Assembly (NCBI GenBank): GCA_043228905.1
Contig: JBHGNT010000410.1
Location: forward strand, 1 to 27,689
Direction of reading: 5' to 3'
Source of the DNA: Azolla caroliniana
Lineage: Eukaryota; Plantae; Polypodiophyta
Length of the DNA: 27,689 nt
This document shows, one piece after another, positions 11,301 to 25,700 of the stretch. The position numbers and the translations under genes are program-made. Below the pieces are notes generated by a model. It was not told the DNA's origin, searched no databases, and worked only from the letters and a program-made list of their open reading frames with translations. Numbering within the stretch: position 1 is the stretch's first letter; every line of letters starts with the position of its first letter.

Positions 11301-12265
11301 AGCCCTTGAGTAAATTAAAATGTTCATACCTGGCTCGTGTGATATCGGATTTTTGTGTTCAAACATGCAAATCGAAGCTAACAACGCTAGGTATGATATG
11401 GAATTAAAAAATCAAGAATTTGAAACTCAGGTCGAGAGACATGACGAAAATAGCAAACTTGAGGAGGGAGTTGAGAGGAGCCCTTGAGTAAATTAAAATG
11501 TTCATACCTGGCTCGTGTGATATCGGATTTTTGTGTTCAAACATGCAAATCGAAGCTAACAACGCTAGCTATGATATGGAATTAAAAAATCAAGATTTTG
11601 AAACTCAAGTCGAGAGACATGACGAAATTACCAAATTTGAGGAGTGAGTTGAGAAGAGCCCTTGAGTAAATTAAAATGTTCATACCTGGCTCGTGTGATA
11701 TCGGAATTTTGTCTTCAAACATGCAAATCGAAGCTAACAACGCGAGCTATGAGATGGAATTAAAAAATCAAGAATTTGAAACTCAGGTCGAGAGACATGA
11801 CGAAATTACCAAATTTGAGGAGTGAGTTGAGAACAGCCGTTGAGTAAATTAAAATGTTCATACCTGGCTCGTGTAATATCGGATTTTTGTGTTCAAACAT
11901 GTGAATCGAAGCTAACGACGCGAGCTATGATATGGAATTAAAAAATCAAGAATTTGAAACTCAGGTCGAGAGACATGACGAAATTACCAAATTTGAGGAG
12001 TGAGTTGAGAACAGCCCTTGAGTAAATTAAAATGTTCATACCTGGCTCGTGTGATATCGGACATTTGTGTTCAAACATGCAAATCGAAGCTAACAACGCT
12101 AGCTATGATATGGAATTAAAAAATCAAGATTTTGAAACTCAAGTCCAGAGACATGACGAAAATAGCAAACTTGAGGAGGGAGTTGAGAGGAGCCCTTGAG
12201 TAAATTAAAATGTTCATACCTGGCTCGTGTGATATCGGATTTTTGTGTTCAAACATGCAAATCGA
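8393..12265. repeat. Copy 1 of an approximately 3.87-kb (about 22-monomer) non-adjacent block duplication
   Basis: Rare variants GTCGAAAG, ATATGCAATT, GCTGACG, GTTGAAAC, ATATTCATAC, CTAACTATGTT, GTCCAGGG, TAAGAATG and CCACATT recur in the same order at +9,084 bp. Confidence 0.9.
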
Positions 12266-13989
12266 AGCTAACAACGCTAGGTATGATATGGAATTAAAAA
12301 ATCAAGAATTTGAAACTCAGGTCGAGAGACATGACGAAAATAGCAAACTTGAGGAGGGAGTTGAGAGGAGCCCTTGAGTAAATTAAAATGTTCATACCTG
12401 GCTCGTGTGATATCGGATTTTTGTGTTCAACCATGCAAATCGAAGCTAACAACGCTAGCTATGATATGGAATTAAAAAATCAAGATTTTGAAACTCAGGT
12501 CGAGAGACATGACGAAAATAGCAAACTTGAGGAGGGAGTTGAGAGGAGCCCTTGAGTAAATTAAAATGTTCATACCTGGCTCGTGTGATATCGGATTTTT
12601 GTGTTCAAACATGCAAATCGAAGCTAACAACGCTAGCTATGATATGGAATTAAAAAATCAAGATTTTGAAACTCAGGTCGAGAGACATGACGAAATTACC
12701 AAATTTGAGGAGTGAGTTGAGAAGAGCTAGTAGGTAAATTTAAATGTTCATACTTGGCTCGTGTGATATCGGATTTTTGTGTTCAAACATGCAAATCGAA
12801 GCTAACAACGCTAGCTATGATATGGAATTAAAAAATCAAGATTTTGAAACTCAAGTCGAGAGACATGACGAAATTACCAAATTTGAGGAGTGAGTTGAGA
12901 AGAGCCCTTGAGTAAATTAAAATGTTCATACCTGGCTCGTGTGATATCCGATTTTTGTGTTCTAACATGCAAATCGAAGCTAACAACGCTAGCTATGATA
13001 TGGAATTAAAAAATCAAGATTTTGAAACTCAAGTCCAGAGACATGACGAAAATAGCAAACTTGAGGAGGGAGTTGAGAGGAGCCCTTGAGTAAATTAAAA
13101 TGTTCATACCTGGCTCGTGTGATATCGGATTTTTGTGTTCAAACATGCAAATCGAAGCTAACAACGCGAGCTATGATATGGAATTAAAAAATCAAGAATT
13201 TGAAACTCAGGTCGAGAGACATCACGAAATTACCAAATTTGAGGAGTGAGTTGAGAACAGCCCTTGAGTAAATTAAAATGTTCATACCTGGCTCGTGTAA
13301 TATCGGATTTTTGTGTTCACACATGCGAATCGAAGCTAACGACGCGAGCTATGATTTGGAATTAAAAAATCAAGAATTTGAAACTCAGGTCGAGAGACAT
13401 GACGAAATTACCAAATTTGAGGAGTTAGTTGAGAACAGCCCTTGAGTAAATTAAAATGTTCATACCTGGCTCGTGTAATATCGGATTTTTGTGTTCAAAC
13501 ATGCAAATCGAAGCTAACAACGCGAGCTATGATATGGAATTAAAAAATCAAGATTTTGAAACTCAGGTCGAGAGACATCACGAAATTACCAAATTTGAGG
13601 AGTGAGTTGAGAACAGCCCTTGAGTAAATTAAAATGTTCATACCTGGCTCGTGTAATATCGGATTTTTGTGTTCAAACATGCGAATCGAAGCTAACGACG
13701 CGAGCTATGATTTGGAATTAAAAAATCAAGAATTTGAAACTCAGGTCGAGAGACATGACGAAATTACCAAATTTGAGGAGTTAGTTGAGAACAGCCCCTG
13801 AGTAAATTAAAATGTTCATACCTGGCTCGTGTAATATCGGATTTTTGTGTTCAAACATGCAAATCGAAGCTAACAACGCGAGCTATGATATGGAATTAAA
13901 AAATCAAGATTTTGAAACTGAGATCGAGAGACATGAAGAACTTAGTAAATTAGAGGAGAAAGTTCAGAAGAGCGCGTTAGTAAATTAAA

Positions 13990-16306
13990 ATTGTCATACC
14001 TGGCTCAAACATGCAAATCGGACATTTGCGTTCAAACATGCAAATCGAAGCTAACAACGCTAGCTATGATATGGAATTAAAAAATCAAGATGTTGAAACT
14101 CAGGTCGAGAGACATGACGAAATTATCAAAGTTGAGGAGTGAGTTGAGAACAGTCGTTGAGTAAATTAAAATGTTCATACCTGGCTCGTGTAATATCGGA
14201 TTTTTGTGTTCAAACATGCGAATCGAAGCTAACACTTCTAGCTATGATATGGAATTAAAAAATCAAGATTTTGAAACTCAGGTCGAGAGACATGATGAAA
14301 TTACCAAATTTGAGGAGTGAGTTGAGAAGAGCTAGTAGGTAAATTTAAATGTTCATACCTAGCTCGTGTGATATCGGATTTTTGTGTTCAAACATGCAAA
14401 TCGAAGCTAACAACGCTAGCTATGATATGGAATTAAAAATTCAAGAATTTGAAACTCAGGTCGAGAGACATGACGAAAATAGCAAACTTGAGGAGGGAGT
14501 TGAGAGGAGCCCTTGAGTAAATTAAAATGTTCATACCTGGCTCGTGTGATATCGGATTTTTGTGTTCAACCATGCAAATCGAAGCTAACAACGCTAGCTA
14601 TGATATGGAATTAAAAAATCAAGATTTTGAAACTCAGGTCGAGAGACATGACGAAAATAGCAAACTTGAGGAGGGAGTTGAGAGGAGCCCTTGAGTAAAT
14701 TAAAATGTTCATACCTGGCTCGTGTGATATCGGATTTTTGTGTTCAACCATGCAAATCGAAGCTAACAACGCTAGCTATGATATGGAATTAAAAAATCAA
14801 GATTTTGAAACTCAGGTCGAGAGACATGACGAAAATAGCAAACTTGAGGAGGGAGTTGAGAGGAGCCCTTGAGTAAATTAAAATGTTCATACCTGGCTCG
14901 TGTGATATCGGATTTTTGTGTTCAAACATGCAAATCGAAGCTAACAACGCTAGCTATGATATGGAATTAAAAAATCAAGATTTTGAAACTCAGGTCGAGA
15001 GACATGACGAAATTACCAAATTTGAGGAGTGAGTTGAGAAGAGCTAGTAGGTAAATTTAAATGTTCATACTTGGCTCGTGTGATATCGGATTTTTGTGTT
15101 CAAACATGCAAATCGAAGCTAACAACGCTAGCTATGATATGGAATTAAAAAATCAAGATTTTGAAACTCAAGTCGAGAGACATGACGAAATTACCAAATT
15201 TGAGGAGTGAGTTGAGAAGAGCCCTTGAGTAAATTAAAATGTTCATACCTGGCTCGTGTGATATCCGATTTTTGTGTTCTAACATGCAAATCGAAGCTAA
15301 CAACGCTAGCTATGATATGGAATTAAAAAATCAAGATTTTGAAACTCAAGTCCAGAGACATGACGAAAATAGCAAACTTGAGGAGGGAGTTGAGAGGAGC
15401 CCTTGAGTAAATTAAAATGTTCATACCTGGCTCGTGTGATATCGGATTTTTGTGTTCAAACATGCAAATCGAAGCTAACAACGCGAGCTATGATATGGAA
15501 TTAAAAAATCAAGATTTTGAAACTCAGGTCGAGAGACATCACGAAATTACCAAATTTGAGGAGTGAGTTGAGAACAGCCCTTGAGTAAATTAAAATGTTC
15601 ATACCTGGCTCGTGTAATATCGGATTTTTGTGTTCACACATGCGAATCGAAGCTAACGACGCGAGCTATGATTTGGAATTAAAAAATCAAGAATTTGAAA
15701 CTCAGGTCGAGAGACATCACGAAATTACCAAATTTGAGGAGTTAGTTGAGAACAGCCCTTGAGTAAATTAAAATGTTCATACCTGGCTCGTGTAATATCG
15801 GATTTTTGTGTTCAAACATGCAAATCGAAGCTAACAACGCGAGCTATGATATGGAATTAAAAAATCAAGATTTTGAAACTCAGGTCGAGAGACATCACGA
15901 AATTACCAAATTTGAGGAGTGAGTTGAGAACAGCCCTTGAGTAAATTAAAATGTTCATACCTGGCTCGTGTAATATCGGATTTTTGTGTTCAAACATGCG
16001 AATCGAAGCTAACGACGCGAGCTATGATTTGGAATTAAAAAATCAAGAATTTGAAACTCAGGTCGAGAGACATGACGAAATTACCAAATTTGAGGAGTTA
16101 GTTGAGAACAGCCCCTGAGTAAATTAAAATGTTCATACCTGGCTCGTGTAATATCGGATTTTTGTGTTCAAACATGCAAATCGAAGCTAACAACGCGAGC
16201 TATGATATGGAATTAAAAAATCAAGATTTTGAAACTGAGATCGAGAGACATGAAGAACTTAGTAAATTAGAGGAGAAAGTTCAGAAGAGCGCGTTAGTAA
16301 ATTAAA
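13990..16306. repeat. 13-monomer HOR variant (2,317 bp): the 12-mer with one monomer duplicated
   Basis: Length is 181+12x178. The CAACCATG-marked monomer occurs twice in tandem (starts 14527 and 14705). Confidence 0.9.
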
Positions 16307-17476
16307 ATTGTCATACCTGGCTCAAACATGCAAATCGGACATTTGCGTTCAAACATGCAAATCGAAGCTAACAACGCTAGCTATGATATGGAATTAAAAA
16401 ATCAAGATGTTGAAACTCAGGTCGAGAGACATGACGAAATTATCAAAGTTGAGGAGTGAGTTGAGAACAGTCGTTGAGTAAATTAAAATGTTCATACCTG
16501 GCTCGTGTAATATCGGATTTTTGTGTTCAAACATGCGAATCGAAGCTAACACTTCTAGCTATGATATGGAATTAAAAAATCAAGATTTTGAAACTCAGGT
16601 CGAGAGACATGATGAAATTACCAAATTTGAGGAGTGAGTTGAGAAGAGCTAGTAGGTAAATTTAAATGTTCATACCTAGCTCGTGTGATATCGGATTTTT
16701 GTGTTCAAACATGCAAATCGAAGCTAACAACGCTAGCTATGATATGGAATTAAAAATTCAAGAATTTGAAACTCAGGTCGAGAGACATGACGAAAATAGC
16801 AAACTTGAGGAGTGAGTTGAGAGGAGCCCTTGAGTAAATTAAAATGTTCATACCTGGCTCGTGTGATATCGGATTTTTGTGTTCAAACATGCAAATCGAA
16901 GCTAACAACGGTAGCTATGATATGGAATTAAAAAATCAAGATTTTGAAACTCAAGTCCAGAGACATGACGAAAATAGCAAACTTGAGGAGGGAGTTGAGA
17001 GGAGCCCTTGAGTAAATTAAAATGTTCATACCTGGCTCGTGTGATATCGAATTTTTGTGTTCAAACATGCAAATTGAAGCTAACAACGCTAGCTATGATA
17101 TGGAATTAAAAAATCAAGATTTTGAAACTCAGGTCGAGAGACATGACGAAATTACCAAATTTGAGGAGTGAGTTGAGAACAGCCGTTGAGTAAATTAAAA
17201 TGTTCATACCTGGCTCGTGTAATATCGGATTTTTGTGTTCAAACATGTGAATCGAAGCTAACGACGCGAGCTATGATATGGAATTAAAAAATCAAGAATT
17301 TGAAACTCAGGTCGAGAGACATGACGAAATTACCAAATTTGAGGAGTGAGTTGAGAGGAGCCCTTGAGTAAATTAAAATGTTCATACCTGGCTCGTGTGA
17401 TATCGGATTTTTGTGTTCAACCATGCAAATCGAAGCTAACAACGCTAGCTATGATATGGAATTAAAAAATCAAGAA

Positions 17477-20400
17477 TTTGAAACTCAGGTCGAGAGACAT
17501 GACGAAAATAGCAAACTTGAGGAGGGAGTTGAGAGGAGCCCTTGAGTAAATTAAAATGTTCATACCTGGCTCGTGTGATATCGGATTTTTGTGTTCAAAC
17601 ATGCAAATCGAAGCTAACAACGCTAGCTATGATATGGAATTAAAAAATCAAGATTTTGAAACTCAGGTCGAGAGACATGACGAAATTACCAAATTTGAGG
17701 AGTGAGTTGAGAAGAGCTAGTAGGTAAATTTAAATGTTCATACTTGGCTCGTGTGATATCGGATTTTTGTGTTCAAACATGCAAATCGAAGCTAACAACG
17801 CTAGCTATGATATGGAATTAAAAAATCAAGATTTTGAAACTCAAGTCGAAAGACATGACGAAATTACCAAATTTGAGGAGTGAGTTGAGAAGAGCCCTTG
17901 AGTAAATTAAAATGTTCATACCTGGCTCGTGTGATATCGGATTTTTGTGTTCTAACATGCAAATCGAAGCTAACAACGCTAGCTATGATATGGAATTAAA
18001 AAATCAAGATTTTGAAACTCAAGTCCAGAGACATGACGAAAATAGCAAACTTGAGGAGGGAGTTGAGAGGAGCCCTTGAGTAAATTAAAATGTTCATACC
18101 TGGCTCGTGTGATATCGGATTTTTGTGTTCAAACATGCAAATCGAAGCTAACAACGCGAGCTATGATATGCAATTAAAAAATCAAGATTTTGAAACTCAG
18201 GTCGAGAGACATCACGAAATTACCAAATTTGAGGAGTGAGTTGAGAACAGCCCTTGAGTAAATTAAAATGTTCATACCTGGCTCGTGTAATATCGGATTT
18301 TTGTGTTCACACATGCGAATCGAAGCTAACGACGCGAGCTATGATTTGGAATTAAAAAATCAAGAATTTGAAACTCAGGTCGAGAGACATGACGAAATTA
18401 CCAAATTTGAGGAGTTAGTTGAGAACAGCCCTTGAGTAAATTAAAATGTTCATACCTGGCTCGTGTAATATCGGATTTTTGTGTTCAAACATGCAAATCG
18501 AAGCTAACAACGCGAGCTATGATATGGAATTAAAAAATCAAGATTTTGAAACTCAGGTCGAGAGACATCACGAAATTACCAAATTTGAGGAGTGAGTTGA
18601 GAACAGCCCTTGAGTAAATTAAAATGTTCATACCTGGCTCGTGTAATATCGGATTTTTGTGTTCAAACATGCGAATCGAAGCTGACGACGCGAGCTATGA
18701 TTTGGAATTAAAAAATCAAGAATTTGAAACTCAGGTCGAGAGACATGACGAAATTACCAAATTTGAGGAGTGAGTTGAGAACAGCCCTTGAGTAAATTTA
18801 AATGTTCATACCTGGCTCGTGTGATATCGGATTTTTGTGTTGAAACATGCAAATCGAAGCTAACAACGATAGCTATGATATGGAATTAAAAATTCAAGAA
18901 TTTGAAACTCAAGTCCAGAGACATGACGAAAATAGCAAACTTGAGGAGGGAGTTGAGAGGAGCCCTTGAGTAAATTAAAATGTTCATACCTGGCTCGTGT
19001 GATATCGGATTTTTGTGTTCAAACATGCAAATCGAAGCTAACAACGCTAGCTATGATATGGAATTAAAAAATCAAGATTTTGAAACTCAGGTCGAGAGAC
19101 ATGACGAAATTACCAAATTTGAGGAGTGAGTTGAGAAGAGCTAGTAGGTAAATTTAAATGTTCATACTTGGCTCGTGTGATATCGGATTTTTGTGTTCAC
19201 ACATGCGAATCGAAGCTAACAACGCTAGCTATGATATGGAATTAAAAATTCAAGATTTTGAAACTCAAGTCGAGAGACATGACGAAATTACCAAATTTGA
19301 GGAGTGAGTTGAGAAGAGCCCTTGAGTAAATTAAAATATTCATACCTGGCTCGTGTGATATCGGATTTTTGTGTTCAAACATGCATATCGAAGCTAACGA
19401 CGCGAGTTATGATATAGAATTAAAAAATCAAGATTTTGAAACTCAGGTCGAGAGACATGAAGAAATTACCAAATTTGAGGAGTGAGTTGAGAACAGCCCT
19501 TGAGTAAATTAAAATATTCATACCTGGCTCGTGTGATATCGGATTTTTGTGTTCAAACATGCAAATCGAAGCTAACAACGCTAACTATGTTATGGAATTA
19601 AAAAATCAAGATTTTGAAACTCAAGTCCAGGGACATGACGAAAATAGCAAACTTGAGGAGGGAGTTGAGAGGAGCCCTTGAGTAAATTAAAATGTTCATA
19701 CCTGGCTCATGTGATATCGGATTTTTGTGTTCAAACATGCGAATCGAAGCTAAGAATGCTAGCTATGATATGGAATTAAAAAATCAAGATTTGGAAACTC
19801 AGGTCGAGAGACATGACGAAATTACCACATTTGAGAAGTGAGTTGAGAAGAGCCCTTGAGTAAATTAAAATGTTCATACCTGGCTCGTGTAATATCGGAT
19901 TTTTGTGTTCAAACATGCAAATCGACGCTAACAACGCGAGCTATGATATGGAATTAAAAAATCAAGATTTTGAAACTCAGGTCGAGAGACATGACGAAAT
20001 TACCAAATTTGAGGAGTGAGTTGAGAACAGCCGTTGAGTAAATTAAAATGTTCATACCTGGCTCGTGTAATATCGGATTTTTGTGTTCAAACATGCGAAT
20101 CGAAGCTAACACTTCTAGCTATGATATGGAATTAAAAAATCAAGATTTTGAAACTCAGGTCTAGAGACATGATGAAATTACCAAATTTGAGGAGTGAGTT
20201 GAGAAGAGCTAGTAGGTAAATTTAAATGTTCATACCTAGCTCGTGTGATATCGGATTTTTGTGTTCAAACATGCAAATCGAAGCTAACAACGCTAGCTAT
20301 GATATGGAATTAAAAATTCAAGAATTTGAAACTCAGGTCGAGAGACATGACGAAAATAGCAAACTTGAGGAGGGAGTTGAGAGGAGCCCTTGAGTAAATT

Positions 20401-21349
20401 AAAATGTTCATACCTGGCTCGTGTGATATCGGATTTTTGTGTTCAAACATGCAAATCGAAGCTAACAACGCTAGGTATGATATGGAATTAAAAAATCAAG
20501 AATTTGAAACTCAGGTCGAGAGACATGACGAAAATAGCAAACTTGAGGAGGGAGTTGAGAGGAGCCCTTGAGTAAATTAAAATGTTCATACCTGGCTCGT
20601 GTGATATCGGATTTTTGTGTTCAAACATGCAAATCGAAGCTAACAACGCTAGCTATGATATGGAATTAAAAAATCAAGATTTTGAAACTCAAGTCGAGAG
20701 ACATGACGAAATTACCAAATTTGAGGAGTGAGTTGAGAAGAGCCCTTGAGTAAATTAAAATGTTCATACCTGGCTCGTGTGATATCGGAATTTTGTCTTC
20801 AAACATGCAAATCGAAGCTAACAACGCGAGCTATGAGATGGAATTAAAAAATCAAGAATTTGAAACTCAGGTCGAGAGACATGACGAAATTACCAAATTT
20901 GAGGAGTGAGTTGAGAACAGCCGTTGAGTAAATTAAAATGTTCATACCTGGCTCGTGTAATATCGGATTTTTGTGTTCAAACATGTGAATCGAAGCTAAC
21001 GACGCGAGCTATGATATGGAATTAAAAAATCAAGAATTTGAAACTCAGGTCGAGAGACATGACGAAATTACCAAATTTGAGGAGTGAGTTGAGAACAGCC
21101 CTTGAGTAAATTAAAATGTTCATACCTGGCTCGTGTGATATCGGACATTTGTGTTCAAACATGCAAATCGAAGCTAACAACGCTAGCTATGATATGGAAT
21201 TAAAAAATCAAGATTTTGAAACTCAAGTCCAGAGACATGACGAAAATAGCAAACTTGAGGAGGGAGTTGAGAGGAGCCCTTGAGTAAATTAAAATGTTCA
21301 TACCTGGCTCGTGTGATATCGGATTTTTGTGTTCAAACATGCAAATCGA
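17477..21349. repeat. Copy 2 of the approximately 3.87-kb block duplication
   Basis: For example GTCGAAAGAC at 8761 and 17845, and TCTAGA at 11076 and 20160. The offset 9,084 equals 51x178+6. Confidence 0.9.
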
Positions 21350-22717
21350 CGCTAACAACGCGAGCTATGATATGGAATTAAGAAATCAAGATTTTGAAAC
21401 TCAGGTCGAGAGACATGACGAAATTACCAAATTTGAGGAGTGAGTTGAGAACAGCCGTTGAGTAAATTAAAATGTTCATACCTGGCTCGTGTAATATCGG
21501 ATTTTTGTGTTCAAACATGCGAATCGAAGCTAACACTTCTAGCTATGATATGGAATTAAAAAATCAAGATTTTGAAACTCAGGTCTAGAGACATGATGAA
21601 ATTACCAAATTTGAGGAGTGAGTTGAGAAGAGCTAGTAGGTAAATTTAAATGTTCATACCTAGCTCGTGTGATATCGGATTTTTGTGTTCAAACATGCAA
21701 ATCGAAGCTAACAACGCTAGCTATAATATGGAATTAAAAATTCAAGAATTTGAAACTCAGGTCGAGAGACATGGCGAAAATAGCAAACTTGAGGAGGGAG
21801 TTGAGAGGAGCCCTTGAGTAAATTAAAATGTTCATACCTGGCTCGTGTGATATCGGATTTTTGTGTTCAAACATGCAAATCGAAGCTAACAACGCTAGGT
21901 ATGATATGGAATTAAAAAATCAAGAATTTGAAACTCAGGTCGAGAGACATGACGAAAATAGCAAACTTGAGGAGGGAGTTGAGAGGAGCCCTTGAGTAAA
22001 TTAAAATGTTCATACCTGGCTCGTGTGATATCGGATTTTTGTGTTCAAACATGCAAATCGAAGCTAACAACGCTAGCTATGATATGGAATTAAAAAATCA
22101 AGATTTTGAAACTCAAGTCGAGAGACATGACGAAATTACCAAATTTGAGGAGTGAGTTGAGAAGAGCCCTTGAGTAAATTAAAATGTTCATACCTGGCTC
22201 GTGTGATATCGGAATTTTGTCTTCAAACATGCAAATCGAAGCTAACAACGCGAGCTATGATATGGAATTAAAAAATCAAGATTTTGAAACTCAGGTCGAG
22301 AGACATGACGAAATTACCAAATTTGAGGAGTGAGTTGAGAACAGCCGTTGAGTAAATTAAAATGTTCATACCTGGCTCGTGTAATATCGGATTTTTGTGT
22401 TCAAACATGTGAATCGAAGCTAACGACGCGAGCTATGATATGGAATTAAAAAATCAAGAATTTGAAACTCAGGTCGAGAGACATGACGAAATTACCAAAT
22501 TTGAGGAGTGAGTTGAGAACAGCCCTTGAGTAAATTAAAATGTTCATACCTGGCTCGTGTGATATCGGACATTTGTGTTCAAACATGCAAATCGAAGCTA
22601 ACAACGCTAGCTATGATATGGAATTAAAAAATCAAGATTTTGAAACTCAAGTCCAGAGACATGAAGAAAATAGCAAACTTGAGGAGGGAGTTGAGAGGAG
22701 CCCTTGAGTTAATTAAA
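19870..22717. repeat. 8-monomer HOR, 1,424-bp period, two tandem copies
   Basis: TCTAGA at 20160 and 21584 (1,424 apart). Both copies show the same marker order: CGACGC, GTCTAG, CCTAGC, CTAGGTA, CAAGTCG, GGAATTTTGTCT, ATGTGAA, GGACATT. Confidence 0.87.
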
Positions 22718-25700
22718 ATGTTCATACCTGGCTCGTGTGATATCGGATTTTTGTGTTCAAACATGCAAATCGACGCTAACAACGCGAGCTATGATATGGA
22801 ATTAAAAAATCAAGATTTTGAAACTCAGGTCGAGAGACATGACGAAATTACCAAATTTGAGGAGTGAGTTGAGAACAGCCGTTGAGTAAATTAAAATGTT
22901 CATACCTGGCTCGTGTAATATCGGATTTTTGTGTTCAAACATGTGAATCGAAGCTAACGACGCGAGCTATGATATGGAATTAAAAAATCAAGAATTTGAA
23001 ACTCAGGTCGAGAGACATGACGAAATTACCAAATTTGAGGAGTGAGTTGAGAACAGCCCTTGAGTAAATTAAAATGTTCATACCTGGCTCGTGTGATATC
23101 GGACATTTGTGTTCAAACATGCAAATCGAAGCTAACAACGCTAGCTATGATATGGAATTAAAAAATCAAGATTTTGAAACTCAAGTCCAGAGACATGACG
23201 AAAATAGCAAACTTGAGGAGGGAGTTGAGAGGAGCCCTTGAATAAATTAAAATGTTCATACCTGGCTCGTGTGATATCGGATTTTTGTGTTCAAACATGC
23301 AAATCGACGCTAACAACGCGAGCTATGATATGGAATTAAAAAATCAAGATTTTGAAACTCAGGTCGAGAGACATGACGACATTACCAAATTTGAGGAGTG
23401 AGTTGAGAACAGCCGTTGAGTAAATTAAAATGTTCATACCTGGCTCGTGTAATATCGGATTTTTGTGTTCAAACATGCGAATCGAAGCTAACACTTCTAG
23501 CTATGATATGGAATTAAAAAATCAAGATTTTGAAACTCAGGTCTAGAGACATGATGAAATTACCAAATTTGAGGAGTGAGTTGAGAAGAGCTAGTAGGTA
23601 AATTTAAATGTTCATACCTAGCTCGTGTGATATCGGATTTTTGTGTTCAAACATGCAAATCGAAGCTAACAACGCTAGCTATGATATGGAATTAAAAATT
23701 CAAGAATTTGAAACTCAGGTCGAGAGACATGACGAAAATAGCAAACTTGAGGAGGGAGTTGAGAGGAGCCCTTGAGTAAATTAAAATGTTCATACCTGGC
23801 TCGTGTGATATCGGATTTTTGTGTTCAAACATGCAAATCGAAGCTAACAACGCTAGGTATGATATGGAATTAAAAAATCAAGAATTTGAAACTCAGGTCG
23901 AGAGACATGACGAAAATAGCAAACTTGAGGAGGGAGTTGAGAGGAGCCCTTGAGTAAATTAAAATGTTCATACCTGGCTCGTGTGATATCGGATTTTTGT
24001 GTTCAAACATGCAAATAGAAGCTAACAACGCTAGCTATGATATGGAATTAAAAAATCAAGATTTTGAAACTCAAGTCGAGAGACATGACGAAATTACCAA
24101 ATTTGAGGAGTGAGTTGAGAAGAGCCCTTGAGTAAATTAAAATGTTCATACCTGGCTCGTGTGATATCGGAATTTTGTCTTCAAACATGCAAATCGAAGC
24201 TAACAACGCGAGCTATGAGATGGAATTAAAAAATCAAGATTTTGAAACTCAGGTCGAGAGACATGACGAAATTACCAAATTTGAGGAGTGAGTTGAGAAC
24301 AGCCCTTGAGTAAATTAAAATGTTCATACCTGGCTCGTGTGATATCGGACATTTGTGTTCAAACATGCAAATCGAAGCTAACAACGCTAGCTATGATATG
24401 GAATTAAAAAATCAAGATTTTGAAACTCAAGTCCAGAGACATGAAGAAAATAGCAAACTTGAGGAGGGAGTTGAGAGGAGCCCTTGAGTTAATTAAAATG
24501 TTCATACCTGGCTCGTGTGATATCGGATTTTTGTGTTCAAACATGCAAATCGACGCTAACAACGCGAGCTATGATATGGAATTAAAAAATCAAGATTTTG
24601 AAACTCAGGTCGAGAGACATGACGAAATTACCAAATTTGAGGAGTGAGTTGAGAACAGCCGTTGAGTAAATTAAAATGTTCATACCTGGCTCGTGTAATA
24701 TCGGATTTTTGTGTTCAAACATGTGAATCGAAGCTAACGACGCGAGCTATGATATGGAATTAAAAAATCAAGAATTTGAAACTCAGGTCGAGAGACATGA
24801 CGAAATTACCAAATTTGAGGAGTGAGTTGAGAACAGCCCTTGAGTAAATTAAAATGTTCATACCTGGCTCGTGTGATATCGGACATTTGTGTTCAAACAT
24901 GCAAATCGAAGCTAACAACGCTAGCTATGATATGGAATTAAAAAATCAAGATTTTGAAACTCAAGTCCAGAGACATGACGAAAATAGCAAACTTGAGGAG
25001 GGAGTTGAGAGGAGCCCTTGAATAAATTAAAATGTTCATACCTGGCTCGTGTGATATCGGATTTTTGTGTTCAAACATGCAAATCGACGCTAACAACGCG
25101 AGCTATGATATGGAATTAAAAAATCAAGATTTTGAAACTCAGGTCGAGAGACATGACGACATTACCAAATTTGAGGAGTGAGTTGAGAACAGCCGTTGAG
25201 TAAATTAAAATGTTCATACCTGGCTCGTGTAATATCGGATTTTTGTGTTCAAACATGCGAATCGAAGCTAACACTTCTAGCTATGATATGGAATTAAAAA
25301 ATCAAGATTTTGAAACTCAGGTCTAGAGACATGATGAAATTACCAAATTTGAGGAGTGAGTTGAGAAGAGCTAGTAGGTAAATTTAAATGTTCATACCTA
25401 GCTCGTGTGATATCGGATTTTTGTGTTCAAACATGCAAATCGAAGCTAACAACGCTAGCTATGATATGGAATTAAAAATTCAAGAATTTGAAACTCAGGT
25501 CGAGAGACATGACGAAAATAGCAAACTTGAGGAGGGAGTTGAGAGGAGCCCTTGAGTAAATTAAAATGTTCATACCTGGCTCGTGTGATATCGGATTTTT
25601 GTGTTCAAACATGCAAATCGAAGCTAACAACGCTAGGTATGATATGGAATTAAAAAATCAAGAATTTGAAACTCAGGTCGAGAGACATGACGAAAATAGC

